Origin: Eledone cirrhosa
Taxonomy: Eukaryota
DNA length: 64,000 nucleotides
Assembly (NCBI GenBank): GCA_964016885.1
Contig: OZ024742.1
Coordinates: 59,396,001-59,460,000 of the forward strand
Reading direction: 5' to 3'
The notes under the pieces were generated by a model, which worked only from the letters and a program-made list of their open reading frames with translations, was not told the DNA's origin and made no database searches. Positions 24,672 through 42,489 of the stretch are shown here, piece by piece; the stretch's first letter is position 1, and each line of letters begins with the position of its first letter. The translations under genes were made by a program, and so were the position numbers.

Positions 24672-27440
24672 CAAATACGGTGAGGAAACTACTTGGTATA
24701 AAAGCGAGAGGAAACAACAGACAAGAAAGAGCAGAGCCGTGGTGGAAGAAGCGACTGAGTGGGCAAATCGGGGAAATGAGAAATGACATAGGAAAGCTTG
24801 AGTCACTACTGAATGGGACACTAAAAAACATAGGCACTAAAAATAGACTGGAAATAAAATACAAAACTAGGAGTAAAAAGCTAAATATTATCATAGAGGA
24901 ATTGAAGCAACGCATTGTAGCAAAGAGTGCCAAAATCAGGCGATACGAGAACAGAGTCAGTCAGTATAAACAGAACCGCATGTTCGACAACAACCAGAAG
25001 ATGCTGTTTGGACAGCTTGAGGGGAAAGAAAGAGGCAACGACTTGATCCCTGGGGCGGAACAAGCTAAAACATTCTGGAGAGGAATATGGGAGCAGGATG
25101 TTAGACACAATGCCCAGGCAGGGTGGATTGAGACAGTACAGAGGGAGATCGGTGAGCAGGCACAACAACAGACTGATTTGAGTATCACAGTTGAAACTCT
25201 TAAGGGGCAAGCCAAAAAACTAACCAACTGGAAATCACCAGGCCCAGATGGTGTGCAGGGGTATTGGATTAAACATTTAACATCCCTCCACCCGAAGCTG
25301 ACGGCCATGTTCAATGACTGCTTGGTGTCGGGTGAGGTGCCAGAGTGGTTGACAAAAGGTACCACAGTTTGGATAATGAAAGACCGAATCAAGGGTAATG
25401 ATGTTACCAACTATAGACCTACCACATGTCTGCCCGTAATGTGGAAACTGTTGACGAGCATTGTGTCTGAGGAAATCTACCATCACCTCCACACAAACAA
25501 CTTGTTACCGGACGAACAGAAAGGATGCCGAAAGAAGTCACGTGGTACAAAGGACCAGTTGCTTATTGATAAGATGGTAATGGGGAATTGCAGGAGGAGA
25601 CACACTGATCTTGCCATGGGATGGATAGACTACAGAAAGGCATTTGACATGGTGCCTCATTCCTGGATCACCAAAAGCCTGGAGATCTTCAGGGTGGCAG
25701 ATAACATCAGACAGTTGCTGGGCAGGAGTATGGGGTCCTGGGAGACAGAGTTGACATCAACTGGAGTATCCTTGGGAAGCGTGAAGATCAAGAGAGGTAT
25801 CTTCCAGGGAGATAGCTTGTCCCCTCTGTTGTTTGTCCTTGCCCTGATGCCCTTGACCATTATGCTGCGAAAAGTGAGAGCAGGATACAAGTTGGGAAGG
25901 GGAGAGCTTACCATCAATCACCTCCTCTTCATGGACGATCTTAAGCTCTTCGGGAAAAGTGAGAAGGAGTTGGATGTGCTTGTTGACACTGTCCGTATTT
26001 TCAGCAGTGATATATGTATGCAGTTTGGTATTGGTAAATGTGGAGTCATTGTGATGAAGAGGGGTAGGTTGAGCAGAAGTAACGGGATCCAGATACCAAC
26101 AGGTGAGATGATAAAGGAAATTGACTCTGAGGAAGGATACAAGTATTTGGGCGTTCTGGAGGCTGATGGCATAAAGAACAAAAAATGAAGGAATTGTTAA
26201 GAACTGAATACATTCGGAGAGTAAGGAGCGTATTGAAGTCACATCTGAACAGCAGAAATGCCATAAGCGCAGTAAATTCCCGAGCTGTGTCTATTATTAG
26301 GTACAGTGCGGGAATTCTGAGATAGAATGTTGCTGAACAAAAAGAAATGGATAGGAAGACTAGGAAGCTATTGACTATCTACAACATGTTCCACAAGAGG
26401 AGTGATGTCGATAGACTCTACCTAAGGAGATCTGAGGGTGGAAGAGGTCTTATCAGCATAGAGGACTGTGTTCAGATGGAGAAAAACAACCTATACAAAT
26501 ACGTGACCTATAGTAAGGAGCCAATGCTCAGAGCTGTACTGAAGGAGGGGACAGTAGGCCAGGGGATATCCAAGGAGGAAATAACATCAAGGAGGAAGAG
26601 CAGCCTTAAGGGAAAATCCCTTCATAGTACCTTCTTTGAGAAAACTGAATTTAGAGATCCACAGACATGGAACTGGTTGAGAAGAGGAGACCTCAAAAAG
26701 GCTACAGAAGGAATGCTAATGGCTGCGCAGGAGCAGGCCCTCAAAACGAAGTGGTTGAAGCACCATATCTACAAGGAGGAGGCTAGCCCACTGTGCAGGA
26801 TCTGTGGAGAGAGAGAGGAGACTGTGGCTCACATTGTGTCCGAGTGTAAACACCTAGCCCAGACCCACTATAAGGGCTGGAGACACGATGTGATGGGCAG
26901 GGTGATCCACTGGCACCTGTGCAAAGTAAACAATCTACCACATTCTGAGAAATGGTATGAGCATAGGCCAGAGGCGGTGATGGAGAACAGTCAGGTGAAG
27001 GTGCTGTGGGATTTTAGGATACAGACGGACAAAAAACTGGAACACAATAGACCTGACCTGGTGGTTGTGGACAAAGAAAAAAGATCGTGCCTGATTGTGG
27101 ATGTGGCCTGCCCGTTCGACACGAGAGTGCAAGAGAAGGAGAGGGAGAAAATTAACCGATACCAGGACCTAAAGTGGGAGGTGAAAAGGATTTGGAACTG
27201 CCATGAAGTCAAAGTGATCCCGATTGTCATAGGCGCACTGGGGACTATCTCCAAAGGTTTCCAGGGATGGTTAAAGAAAATCGGCCCTTTCACGCTTTTT
27301 GGAACGCTTCAAAAGGCATGCTTGCTTGGAACAGCAAGAACCCTCCGATACGTCCTGAATATCTGAGGCTGCAGGTAGTGGCTTGATATTCAATCCAACG
27401 GACTTTCCAGTTAACCAACATCAATGACTGAGATTCAAGG
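24671..27440 (+). mobile_element. 5'-truncated Dong family A copy (RT + RLE, disrupted)
   Basis: ORFs 24680-26188 and 26347-27366. 1-nt deletion in an A-run at ~26185 and TAG at ~26323. AAT repeats on both sides. Confidence 0.94.
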
Positions 27441-27452
27441 AATAACAATAAC

Positions 27453-27481
<29 letters not shown>

Positions 27482-27484
<3 letters not shown>

Positions 27485-30381
27485 TTTCTTTATTGGTCAC
27501 AGGGGCTGACATCAAGAAAAACATTACAGACGGCACAGGACGGTACGATGTGGGTTTTGTGCGTGTAAATATGCAGCACTTGCCTCTCCACCCTGATTTC
27601 CCTCTTCAAGTGAAACTTGAAAAAGTTAATTAGGGATTCGCCGAAGAGGAAAGTATCTGTCTTTAACCCTTTCAATCTTATCCACCACACAATCTCTTTC
27701 GCCATGGCCACCAAGCAGATGAAAACCGCCTACCCTTCCTCCTCGAAGGAAGACGGCGAGGCCATCTGCACAATGGACTCAGTCGATAACCGGATCAGTC
27801 CTACACGCGACAGCAACTGTTCGACATAGCTCCACAAGTCAGCAATGCTCGGGCACTGAACGAGTGCGTGCACGACGGTTTCGTCGCTCTGCGCGCATCT
27901 CGGACAGGCTCGGCTGACGGCACTTCCGTGCCTGTAGAGCTTATCTCGAACCGGCAGCGCTCCCCGGTAGCACTGCCAGGCCAGGGAATTTTTGAAGTTA
28001 TCCATAGGCTGAAAGTTCTCCGGAAAAGAGCAAACAGCTGATCTTCTGCGACGCCCAGGATCTCTCCGAGAACGTCGTCGCTATTCCCCTCCACTAGTCC
28101 TCTATAGAACGCCGAGGTGGATGTTCCACCGATTCTGGTGCCCAGCTATTAGAGGGCAGTGAGCGCCTGGAGACATTCCAGTTTCCAAGCGCTATCCCTC
28201 GGTCTCAAGGAGACGAGCTGTGGGAAAACGTGCCTGGCGAACGGCGACCACACCTGTTCACTGTCATGGAAGCACCAGAGATGTCGTAGACTGAGCGCAT
28301 GTTTGCGCATCATCAGCCATGGCATGCCCAGTCCTCCACGCAACGGGTGTTGACAGCAGATGGATCGTCTGACCATGGGAACGCGTCCCTTCCACAAAAA
28401 GCGGAAGAGGAGGCGCTCCATTTTGGTGAAAGTTGGGCCGGGGCAAGGGACGACGGTGAGGCGGTAGCAGATGACGGATGCGATGTACGCATTCGCCAAC
28501 TCCTCCCGGCCTTTAAGGGACAGCTTCCTCTCGGCCCATTTCTGGGTGAGGAAGGCCACCTTGCTTGTCACCTCGTTCCAGTTTTTCTCCATCTGGAGGT
28601 CCAGTCAGAAACCAGACCCCGGGCAATTTAACCGGTCCGTCCATCCAACGCCCCACGACGCTGTCGGAGGGCATGGACTTGCCTCTCCAGGTGCCGAGCT
28701 GCAAGCCCACCGACTTTTCCTGGTTTATCTTTGCTCCTGTCACCGCTTCGTATTCTTTGACAGCGGTGCCGAGCATCTGGATGTGTCTGGTGCTCGACAC
28801 CACAAGAGTGACGTCATCGGCATAAGCCGACTCGGATTTCCCGCATCCTAGTTCGCGTGGGACGCCCCTAATCGTCCCCAGTTTGTGCAGTAACAGCTCG
28901 AGAGCCAATACGTACAAGAAGGACGAGAGGGGACAACCCTGGCGGACTGAACGCATGATGCTGAACGGCTGCCACAGGTGACCGTTCACCCTCACAACTG
29001 AGCAGATGTCGCTGTACATCGCAGCGATCCAACCCCTGAAAACGGGCCCGAAACCGGCTGCCTCGAGGACCGCCGCCAGGTACCGATGGTGAACCCTATA
29101 GAATGCTTTGGATTGATCCAAGTTGATGTGGGCCCCACCCGTGCCAGGTTCCTTAACCACCCTCTCTATGATGTATCGCATGGGGTGGAGGTTGTCATGT
29201 ATGGATCTGTCCGGAATGGCGAATGTCTGCTCCTCGCCCACCAGACCCTTGACAACAAGCGCCAACCACGTTGCTAACACCTTGGCCAAAATCTTGAACT
29301 CTACGTTTAGCAAGGTTATGGGGCTGAAATTATCGATAACATCCCCCTTGTTCGGGTCTTTTCTCAGCAGCGCCACCGCTGCCCAGCTCACAAAACTGGG
29401 AATGCCTCCGTTCTGCTGCCAGTTGCAGTAGACGTTTGCTAAGAGGTCACCGAATAAGTCTGGCATAAATGCATAAAGCTCGTAGGGCAGACCATCCAAA
29501 CTTGGCGATTTTCCCCTCGTGCAGTTAGCCATCGCTTCCCGTATTTCACCGGCTGTTATTGGCTTTTTGCAACACTGTGCTGCGGTCGTCGAGAGCCGAG
29601 GCGGTCCGTCGAGATATGCACTGAAGTCCATACCCGATCCGGGTCGCCGCTGCTCCCGTACAGTTCAGCAAATTGCTGCTGAAAAGCTTCACACATCTGT
29701 TCGGGTTCGAGCAACACGCACCCGTTTTGGTCAGACAAAGACCGAATTGTGGCTTTGTTGCCACGTCGCGCCTCTGCCACCCGGGCCCATTGGACGGCTT
29801 TTGTCCCCTCGTGTTTCAGAGCACGCGCTCTAGCTCTGACAACGCAGCCTTCGTGTTTTGCGTTGAAGAATGAATTGGTCGAGTGCCAATCTCGCCGCAA
29901 GCACGTCGGTTGCGATGCCTGTCCTAAACGCCTCTTCTAGCTTTCTGACTAGCTCTCCCTCTATTCTATTTTCCTCTATCACTAGTCCTTTGCTAAACCT
30001 AATCGACTCTACTTTAATTGCCCTTTTCAGGGCGAACGACCACCTGTTGTTGACGACCGCTCCCATCAACGCCCGCTTAACTAATACGCTAATCCGGTTT
30101 CTGTAGGCTTTGCGCCCCGGGAAAGACGCGTTCAGCTTCCAGTAACCGGGCCCTTGTTTATGAAGTCTGTCTATGTCGATCTCACAGATCACAAATTTGT
30201 GGTCTGTGTAGTCGACTATTTTAAATTGTGGACAACTTATACTAGCCTTATCTAGTTCTCTGCAGAATACCCTATCAAGATACGATGTGGATGACCCGAT
30301 GCGGTTTGTCCATGTCCATATTGGCACATTCGGGTGATCCAGTCGATACCTGTCAGACAGTTCAAAACGTCTGAGCAGGTT
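27482..30381 (-). mobile_element. Tx1-type LINE ORF2 (APE end, RT, zf-RVT-like region) + 3' end, degenerate
   Basis: KSPSLDGLPYE, PITLLNVEFKILAK, LDQSKAF, SVRQGCPLS, AYADD, CPRCAQSDETVVHALVQC. Multiple frameshifts and a deletion near 27570. Ends in (ATT)n on the minus strand. Confidence 0.92.
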
Positions 30382-30929
30382 TCAAAATGTTTAATTCAAA
30401 TAATAAGAAAATATGTCAACACATATATTAAACATACGCGACAAACCGCATAGATACACAGATCAAACAAACGCATACTACAGTCTATTCAACAAAACTC
30501 AGTAACGACAACGCCATCACTATAGTCACCGCCGCCACCACTCCATCATTGCTACCACTATCCCATCACCGCCGCCACCACTCCTTCATTGCTACCACCA
30601 CTATTTCCCCACTACCTTCTGTTAACTTAAGAAAGGGGAAGGTGACGGTAAAGGGAGAGACTAGCAAAAGATATAAATAGACTGACTTAGTGACCCGGTC
30701 AAACGTCAACGACTATGGCACTGCTGGCTCCCCCCTTCCCCACCAACAATAGAAAAAGCCACAGCACCACCACCACCGACATAGCCAACAACAATAACAG
30801 GCAACTTCAACAAAAAGTATATTATATTATTAATAATAATTTCATTCTTAAACCACACAATGCTCACATTAAGGAACCACTCATGATAATAACAATTTAA
30901 AAAACAACAAAAAAGAAAACCCCGTGACC

Positions 30930-33900
30930 AAGAAATACCAGGATGGCGGCCGGCGGGGAATAGCCGTGTCTCTAGGGGAGGACGACCCCTCTAGTGTTGG
31001 TTGACACTCGTCCTAGAAGTGGTAACACGAAATGATTACCCCTATGCGGTTAAGGATAAAACGCGACAAAATAAAGTAAATGTCAAATGATAAAATCTCA
31101 TACCGGATCGGCCGTCACCCGGGTCAAAAAGGGCCGCGTCCCTCAGAGAGGAACCAGACTGGGGTCGAAAAATCAGCTAATGGTTCAAACCTTCCCATCA
31201 CTTCGGAGCTGGAGACCTCCCATAACCGGAATACTCCTACTGTTGGCCCTCCATGCGCACCACCAAGCAATCCAAAGAAAAAGAAAGAAAAATGGTCAAG
31301 GGAAGACAATAAAGCAGTCCTTGAGGCTTTCTACACTGCCATGTACTACCCATCAAATAGATCGAATACAGAACAGACATATATCAACTGGAAAAAGAAA
31401 CATCCCGAAAACAGAGGCTATATTGACAGTAACAAACTAGCCAATATACGAAGAAATATTGTTAAAAAAAAGTTACTAACTGAAATTGATCAGATCAAGC
31501 TATTAGCACAAAGTCAGCGACGGGAAAATGAAACATGTTTCAGTGAAAACGCAGTAAATTGTAACACTTTGAATCCCAGGATTGGGGCGGAATTACTGAC
31601 AACAGAACAAATTAAAGAAAGGATCGAAAAAGTGGAGGGAGTGCATGCTCAAGATGAAACTCAAAATGAAAACAATGACATCGTAAATGATAAAGAAATG
31701 AATGAGAATGAACTTGCCAACTTGAAGGATGAAACTATGATCGAATGGATGAAAATGAAAGAATCTAACATGGGGGAACGAGACACTCTCCCTAAGATCC
31801 AGAACTCCAAACAGAACCAAAAGATAATACACAAGACTAACATAATTCTCAAAAACATTATCATCACAAACAAACTAAACATTACTGATTTAAATCATCT
31901 CTATTATGCATCGGCTAAAGTCACCACTCACTTATGTAGAGTGAAAATGAAAAAACAAAGGAATTCCAACAAGAAATCTACTTGACAAGAGAACATCAAT
32001 CGCCAAATGAACCTTCTCCGATCTGACATAGAAATTTTAACAAACTACCAAGTAGGTGAACATGTTAAACAAACTAAACTTAGAAAATTGAAAAAAAATA
32101 CAGTATAAAATCAACAAGTGACATAGACATGCTGATAGGATTAATCAAGCAAAAAGTGTCGGCCAAAGCTGCTCGTATAAGGCGCTTTGAAAAACGATCT
32201 AGATTCTATAAGGACAATAATATGTTCAAAACCAACCAAAGAAAATTCTACAGAAAAATTGGCAAGTCAACAATAACTGCTAAATCAATACCACCCAAGG
32301 AGGAATTGCAAGAATTCTGGGAAAAGATCTGGGCCGAAGAAAAAGTTCATAATATACATGCCCCATGGATAGACAGACAAATGAAAGATACAGCTCACCT
32401 TGAGGATCAGATATGGGAAAATATAACAGTTGAACAGTTGCGTTTGGCTCTTAGAAAAACCAGCAAATGGAAATCCCCAGGAAAAGACAAAATACCAATA
32501 TTTTGGATAAATGCCTTCACAGAGTCTCATGAGCTGTTAGCCCAACTTTACAATGAAATAGTTAAGGAGCCAAAAAAGATACCATCATGGCTAGTTAACG
32601 GCATTACATTCCTGCTTCCGAAGAATGATGAGACAAACAATCCCAAAAATTACGGACTGATAACTTGCTTGACCACAATGTATAACATTTTAACATCAGT
32701 CCTAACTGAATATACCTATGACCACCTGATAACAAATGATCTATTTCCCAATTTGCAGAAAGGGTGTAAACGAGGCTCATATGGCTGTAAGGATCAGCTT
32801 TTGGTTAACAAAATGATACTGGAAGATTGTCATAATAGACACAAAAATCTATCAATTCCTTGGATAGATTATAAAAAAGCATTCGATAGTTTGCCACACA
32901 GTTGGATTGAAAAATGTTTAGAGATTTTCAAAATATCTCCCGTTGTCAGGAGGTTCCTGTCATTCAGTATGAAGACATGGAAAACGACACACCCTTTGAA
33001 TAGTGAAAAAAAATTACTGGAAGCTGGAGAAGTTAATATTAATTGTGGAATTTTTCAAGGTGACTCTTTATCACCGCTTTTATTCTGCATCGCACTTATA
33101 CCATTAAGTAAAATGCTCAATGAAACAAAACATGGATATAAAGTCTATGATAAAACCATTAATCACTTGTTCTACATGGATGACCTGAAACTATTTGCAA
33201 GAAATGATGAACAATTGCAAGGGCTATTATCCACTGTGGAGCAGTTCAGTGATGACATTAAAATGAAGTTTGGACTAAATTAATGCGCCAAAGCAACTTT
33301 CACAAGAGGAAAGCTGCTGAAAAGTTCAGACATTAATCTTGATCGGGGGGAATGTGATAAGAGAACTTGATCAAGAGGAAACTTACAAATATCTAGGTGT
33401 TTGTGAAGGAGACGGAATCAAGCACTCGACAATGAGAGAAAGGATAAGGATAAGGTTACCGCAGAGTAAGAGCAATCTTAAGAACGGTATTGAATGCAAG
33501 GAATAGGATCGATGCCATAAACACGCTTGCCATACCAGTAGTAACCTACAGTTACAATGTCATCAACTGGTCAAGCACATAGATCCGTAGGCTCGATACA
33601 AAAATTAGAAAATTCTTAACCATGCACAGAATGCATCACCCTAAGGCAGATACAGATAGAATATATCTCCCTAGGAAAGAAGGAGGACGTGGGTTAATCC
33701 AGTTAGATATTGCGTTGAAAACTGCAACAATTGGATTATCTACATATCTAAGGGAATCACATGATTGGATGATCAAACTCGTTTTGAAACACGAAAGCAT
33801 CAAAAGATCATACTCCATTACAAATATGCACAAAGATACAGTAATGGACTACACATTTCAGAAGTCCCATTTACTGCTGAAATGGAAAACACAGAAAAAG

Positions 33901-34866
33901 CAAAGCAGGTAAAAGTAACTGCAAAGAAAGAACTGCTACAGAAACTGGCTAAGACATGGCAAGAAAAGCCTCTGTATGGAAAATACCCAGAAAGAGCTAA
34001 CAATCCTGATGTTGACAAAACTTAACCCATCAGTGGTTGGCATCCTCTGGACTGAAATAGGAGACTGAAGGACTGATTATATCAGCACAAGTGTTTGCCA
34101 ACAAAAAATGACCAAGCCAACATAATAAAAAAAATGGATGCAGCCCATTATACTGTGTATGTAAAAACAACCAGAGACCATTGATCATATAATTTCAATG
34201 TGCAGTCCTATAGCTCCATCCGAATACCTAAGCAGGCATGACAGAGCTGCACAATACATACATTGGATAATGTGTAAGCATTTTGACCTACCCCATCAAA
34301 AGAATTGGTGGGAGCATCAACCACCTCCCATACTTGAAAAAGATCACATCTCAATCTTGTGGAACTTTAGCATCCAAACAGACCGAAAAATAGATGCAAA
34401 TAGACCTGATATAATACTGAAGGACTTTAAAAAGAGGGTATGTCTGCTGATTGATATGTCCGTTCCAATAGACAAGAATGTATCTATAAAAACATTTGAA
34501 AAATTGAGCAAGTATAAGGACCTGGAGATAGAAATTGGAAAAATGTGGAAATTGAGAACTAAAATAATACCAGTGGTTGTAGGCGCTCTAGGGATGATAC
34601 CTAAGGGGTCTAATAATTACTTATCGCAAATCACAGGAAATCCGCGTATAGGAGAAATACAAAAGATAGTGCTAATGTGAACTGCCCATATACTAAGGAA
34701 GATTCTGTCAATATAAGTACATCACAAGTCTAAACACCTAAAGATGCATGTGTGTGTATGTATGTTCTTTCTTGAACATGGCGGACCTTGTTGTCTCTTG
34801 AGGTCACTGGTTGTGACTTGGTGATAACTCGTATGAACATAAAGCAAGATAAATGCAACTGAAATA
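30930..34866 (+). mobile_element. near full-length R4/Dong-like element, family B (degenerate)
   Basis: ORF pieces 31080-34680 with WKSPGKD, WIDYKKAFD, GIFQGDSLSP, FYMDD, RHD and NRPDII...IDMSVP...KLSKYKDL. (AAT)n tail at 34869-34912. Confidence 0.92.
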
Positions 34867-34867
34867 C

Positions 34868-34911
<44 letters not shown>

Positions 34912-34915
<4 letters not shown>

Positions 34916-35082
34916 TTTCTACTTTAGGCACAAGGCCAACAATTGTTTTTGAGAAGTCGATTAAATCGACCCCAGTTCTTTATTTTTTCGACCTCGATGG
35001 AGTTTGAATTTAGAACATTAGGAACCTGAACAAATACTGCTACGCATTTGTCCGACGCTCTAGCGACTCTGCAAATCCACCG
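34912..35082 (-). mobile_element. SINE copy in the (AAT)n tail of Dong B
   Basis: aatgatttctactttaggcacaaggcc tail and degenerate tRNA head. Confidence 0.75.
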
Positions 35083-35645
35083 TCCAAGGAGAGAGATTAC
35101 TACTAAAATCTCTGCGGCGATTTATCTTTGTAACAAAACAGGAGAATATTATGATTTCCGAACGAACTTCTTAAAAAAATCCCCCTCACTGTTTACACTA
35201 CCAAATATATTGACAGGTGGAGATTATTTTCAGATTATATAACTCATAAACAATATGTTTTAGCAACTAATTAATACCGGCCACAGCTGCTTTCTAAAGC
35301 CAATATGGATTGTAATCCTCCATTTCTAATTAAAATGGTGACAATATGTAATAGATGAATGAAAAATGTTTAATTAAAAATGTTAATATATACCTCTAAT
35401 AATTCGTTAATAATATCAACATCAATATAATAATAAAGAAAAATAGTTTACTGCTGAATAGAAAACATGTGCTATTTATATCTTGTTTTCTGTCATAGTG
35501 AATGTTATTACATGAAGAAGGGAATGAAACATTGATGTAAACCACTTCACTCGACAATATATACAAAAACATTAATTCCTACATTCACTCTTATGTTTAC
35601 ATAAAGACTTACGTTTACATAAAGACTTATATTTACATATACATA

Positions 35646-35704
<59 letters not shown>

Positions 35705-36019
35705 TATATATATATATATATGTACATACATATATAAGTATTTATATAAATATACACAAGTATGTATGTACATGTATATGTCTGTATATACATATGCACG
35801 ATTATAACGATGATGACGATGCTGATCATGATTGCCATATTACCAATGGTATGGATGCCAGAAATATTACGCGGCATTAGCAAAATATTACCATCCATGA
35901 ATGATATTGAGACAGAGAAATACAAACTAACACTAATATATGCGGATTCTCATCAATTCTTCCCAATTCTATTGAGTACCGCTGTCATAAGTCTTTAATT
36001 ATATCAATTATATAACAAG

Positions 36020-36222
36020 TAGGGGGATTGGCAGAATCGCTAGTTTATCTGATAAAATGCATTGCAGCATTTCATTAAGGTCATCTACGTTCTGGTTTCA
36101 AATTACACCGTGGTTAACTCATTCTTTCGTCATTCCGGGATCGATGAAAGAAAGTTCCTGTAAAATAATCGACCTTCCCCTACATCTAAAATTGTTGGTC
36201 TTGTTTCTAAATTAGAAACCAT
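36020..36222 (+). mobile_element. old SINE copy
   Basis: ttggcagaatcgctag...ggtttcaaatt...ccgggatcgatgaaa...ggtcttgtttctaaattagaaacc. Confidence 0.7.
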
Positions 36223-37505
36223 ATTAATTGTATAAAACACTTAGAATTTTACTCGTCATGTGATAGGCAATTTTGGAAATATATGGACGCTCCTAGTGTA
36301 ACATTAGATGAATAAATAGAAATGAATAAATATATTAATATAAATAAATAACTGAATTCTGGACGCCTGGAACATTAGAAATATACGATAAATAATTATC
36401 TGTACATAATGCATCAAAGAGGATATACAGATATTTCCACATCGATTATGTAAACAGAGAAACGACAATTTTACGTATATCGCCGTAGTTTAAGAAATAA
36501 ATATTATACAACAAATCTGGTATTACAAGAAAACAGTAGTCACAACAAAATGATAGAAAAAAATAAAAAAGGAATATACGTTTGATGATTATCTGGTTGC
36601 CAGTTTTGGCTTTAGAAGAAAATGCAGCCATTTTCTTGATATTTTCGTAAGGTATTGCCTGACTGATGCGTTGTTGTGTTGGTGGCCTTTGAGACCACCT
36701 GTGACCTTGGTCCCCTGACTTATATTATCCTCCACCAATTCGGAAGGATGACCCTTTGTCGCAGTGTTGAGGTGATCTGGTTTGTGGGCTGCAGCTCAGA
36801 TATATCGTCCAGCCAAGGGGATAGAATGTGCCATCATATTTATTCTCCTTTATGATCATATCTATGATTAAAAAATCTCCTCTATAAATAAACAAAAATA
36901 AATCAAACAAACAAAATAAACAGCATTCGTTCGAAGGTGAATAAATGAGAGATGCTATTTAAAAATAAAACATTATTGTTGTTGAAAATTATTTGAAAAT
37001 TATTCGCTAGATATTATATAATTGTTACTATTGTCCGTCTCTGAGAATGTGTCCCATATATATATATACACATTGGGATGGTATGCCGTGATAGCCCACG
37101 TTAAATTCAATAACAGTAATAGGGAGAGAGGAAGATAGATATTAATATAATTCGATTGCTTAAGTGTATATAAACTGTATGCTTATTTTAACATAAACCT
37201 CTCATGATGCTATTATTGAGATGAGAAAATGTAGTACACACAGTCATAGACATATATCATAATTTCTGATAACACAATATGATTAATGTTATTAAAACCA
37301 CTTAGCTCTGTTCCTGAGTGTTAACATATACTTCTTGTACATATTGTTAGATTTATAGTTTACTATAACGTAAAGCACGATTGGATACATTAGCTAAGAA
37401 TGGTCTATCAGCTGCCAGGCTGTTAGTGCACGAAGTACTAATTGATAAAGATATAAATTATGTATGTAAACAAATACACGCACACATTGTGTTATATTAT
37501 AGTAT

Positions 37506-37556
<51 letters not shown>

Positions 37557-37900
37557 AATATAGATATGGTATGCAAAATATCGAATATTCGAAGCGCCAA
37601 GGGGTTATGTAATTTATAGAAAATGTACGAATTTCGGACGCAGAAAATAACTGTAAACACAGTTGGTTGGTATAAACATACTCACACATACCAGCGGGCG
37701 GGAGCGCACGCACGCACACACAGACATATATATTTATAAAAGGGGTATGGCATAGGACAAAGATAACAGAAAAAACGAACAGTCCCTTCCCTTCAGTCGA
37801 ATTCTGGAAATCCTTATATATTGTATGCAAAACAAATCGAACAACGTATGTCTTGGATGCCACGTATATATACATACATACACACACATACATATATATG

Positions 37901-37931
<31 letters not shown>

Positions 37932-37935
37932 ACAC

Positions 37936-41030
<3,095 letters not shown>

Positions 41031-41061
41031 TTGGATTTTAGTCTTCAAATGTATTATTATT

Positions 41062-41111
41062 ACTATATATACCCTGGGTAATTGCTGGCCTTGTGCCTAA
41101 CGTAGAAACAA
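41062..41111 (+). mobile_element. SINE 3' tail with ATTATT-initiated TSD
   Basis: attattactatatata flanks cctgggtaattgctggccttgtgcctaacgtagaaaca on both sides. Confidence 0.75.
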
Positions 41112-41127
41112 TTATTACTATATATAT

Positions 41128-41388
41128 ACGGGATAACAAGTTTTCGTTATAGGCAATCCACTTAGAGGTAGTCCAGTTAGAGTACTCTGTGTTGTGGATG
41201 GTATTAACGTATGGCTTAGTTTGACTCAACAAGACGCTTAACTGGTTATACACAAAGTATTGGAGTTCGATTGACGAAACATCTAGCGACTAGCGAACTC
41301 TAGACCTACCAGATCAAAGAAACAATTGTCAGCACCGTGAATAAAGCTCTTATTGTACAGACTGCCATGTTACTCTTATCGCTTGAAT
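41128..41388. mobile_element. (TA)n-embedded pLTR-like repeat with internal inversion relative to 52157-52460
   Basis: 41128-41250 is co-oriented with 52157-52270, while 41256-41378 is the reverse complement of 52333-52452. Confidence 0.75.
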
Positions 41389-41395
41389 TATATAT

Positions 41396-41427
<32 letters not shown>

Positions 41428-41437
<10 letters not shown>

Positions 41438-41930
41438 ATAAGTAAAAGCGAAGTAGTTTCAGATGTTCAAGTCCTTTAATAATAATTGTTTCTACTGTTG
41501 GCACAAGGCCAGCATTTACTCAGTACATTACTGGTACTTTATTTTATCGACCCCGTAAGGTTGAAAGGCAAAGTTAACCTCGACGAATGCTGTGATATAT
41601 ATTTCAATGACGACACTGGCCACACTGTTCTGTGTGCGAGTGTCGTGACACCATCAGACAGCTTGTTACATAATAAGGTTATGTTTCCGAGGCAATCCAA
41701 GTTGAATCGACATGGGAACGGACGAAGTGTGTGCTTTTGGGTTCTTCATTGGTACCCTTTGAGTACCAATTCACCCCCACCGGTCTGCGCAGGCGCATGT
41801 CCGAAGGAAGTTGACCATTAGCTACCGCACTTTTTAACGAAATTCGCTTAGTCAGTTCACCCTCTCAGCCAAACAATGACCCATTTAGGCCTGTACCATA
41901 GTTTACTGCTACCCGTCCCGTCTGTGGCAG
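41428..41930 (-). mobile_element. pLTR family H4 (HHR 41589-41662) interrupted by a SINE (41482-41586)
   Basis: Homologous to 47085-47460. HHR core reads CTGATGG here. Confidence 0.8.
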
Positions 41931-41962
<32 letters not shown>

Positions 41963-42005
41963 AATATATATATATAACAATATATATATATACATAAATA
42001 TATAT

Positions 42006-42090
<85 letters not shown>

Positions 42091-42248
42091 TAAATATACA
42101 CGGGTGTGTATGATTGTGTATAGAAGATTATATTAATAAGAGGAATTCCAACTTTATCTGATTTACTCGTTTTATTTACAATCCTTTAAAATTTATAATG
42201 GTATTATAATGAAATAGTATGATAGAATATTAAATTCTAAGTGTTAAT

Positions 42249-42287
42249 TGAAAAAGTACTTTCATGCTTTCGCAATCTTCAGGTTCA
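42249..42287 (-). ncRNA. minimal hammerhead ribozyme, antisense arm copy
   Basis: Same motif on the minus strand, with one stem I mismatch (tttca). Confidence 0.75.
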
Positions 42288-42338
42288 TAATATATGGTGA
42301 CAGTTGAAAATTCCAAACTTGACTGTCACCACATATTA

Positions 42339-42377
42339 TGAACCTGAAGATTGCGAAAGCATGAAAGTACTTGTTCA
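42339..42377 (+). ncRNA. minimal type I hammerhead ribozyme
   Basis: tgaac CTGAAGA t tgc-gaaa-gca t GAAAG ta CTT gttca. Perfect 5-bp stem I and palindromic AAGTACTT stem III. Confidence 0.85.
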
Positions 42378-42489
42378 ATTAACACTTAGAATTTAATATT
42401 CTATCATACTATTTCATTATAATACCATTTTAAATTTTAAAGGATTGTAAATAAAACGAGTAAATCAGATAAAGTTGGAATTCCTCTTA

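Noticed and set aside
41605-41650. SECIS-like ATGA...TGA hairpin on the + strand (selenoprotein PLEs exist)
   Set aside because: The quartet register is off by one, there is no apical AA motif, and it is the antisense of the HHR stem II. No conserved in-frame UGA at Cys positions was seen in the PLE ORFs.
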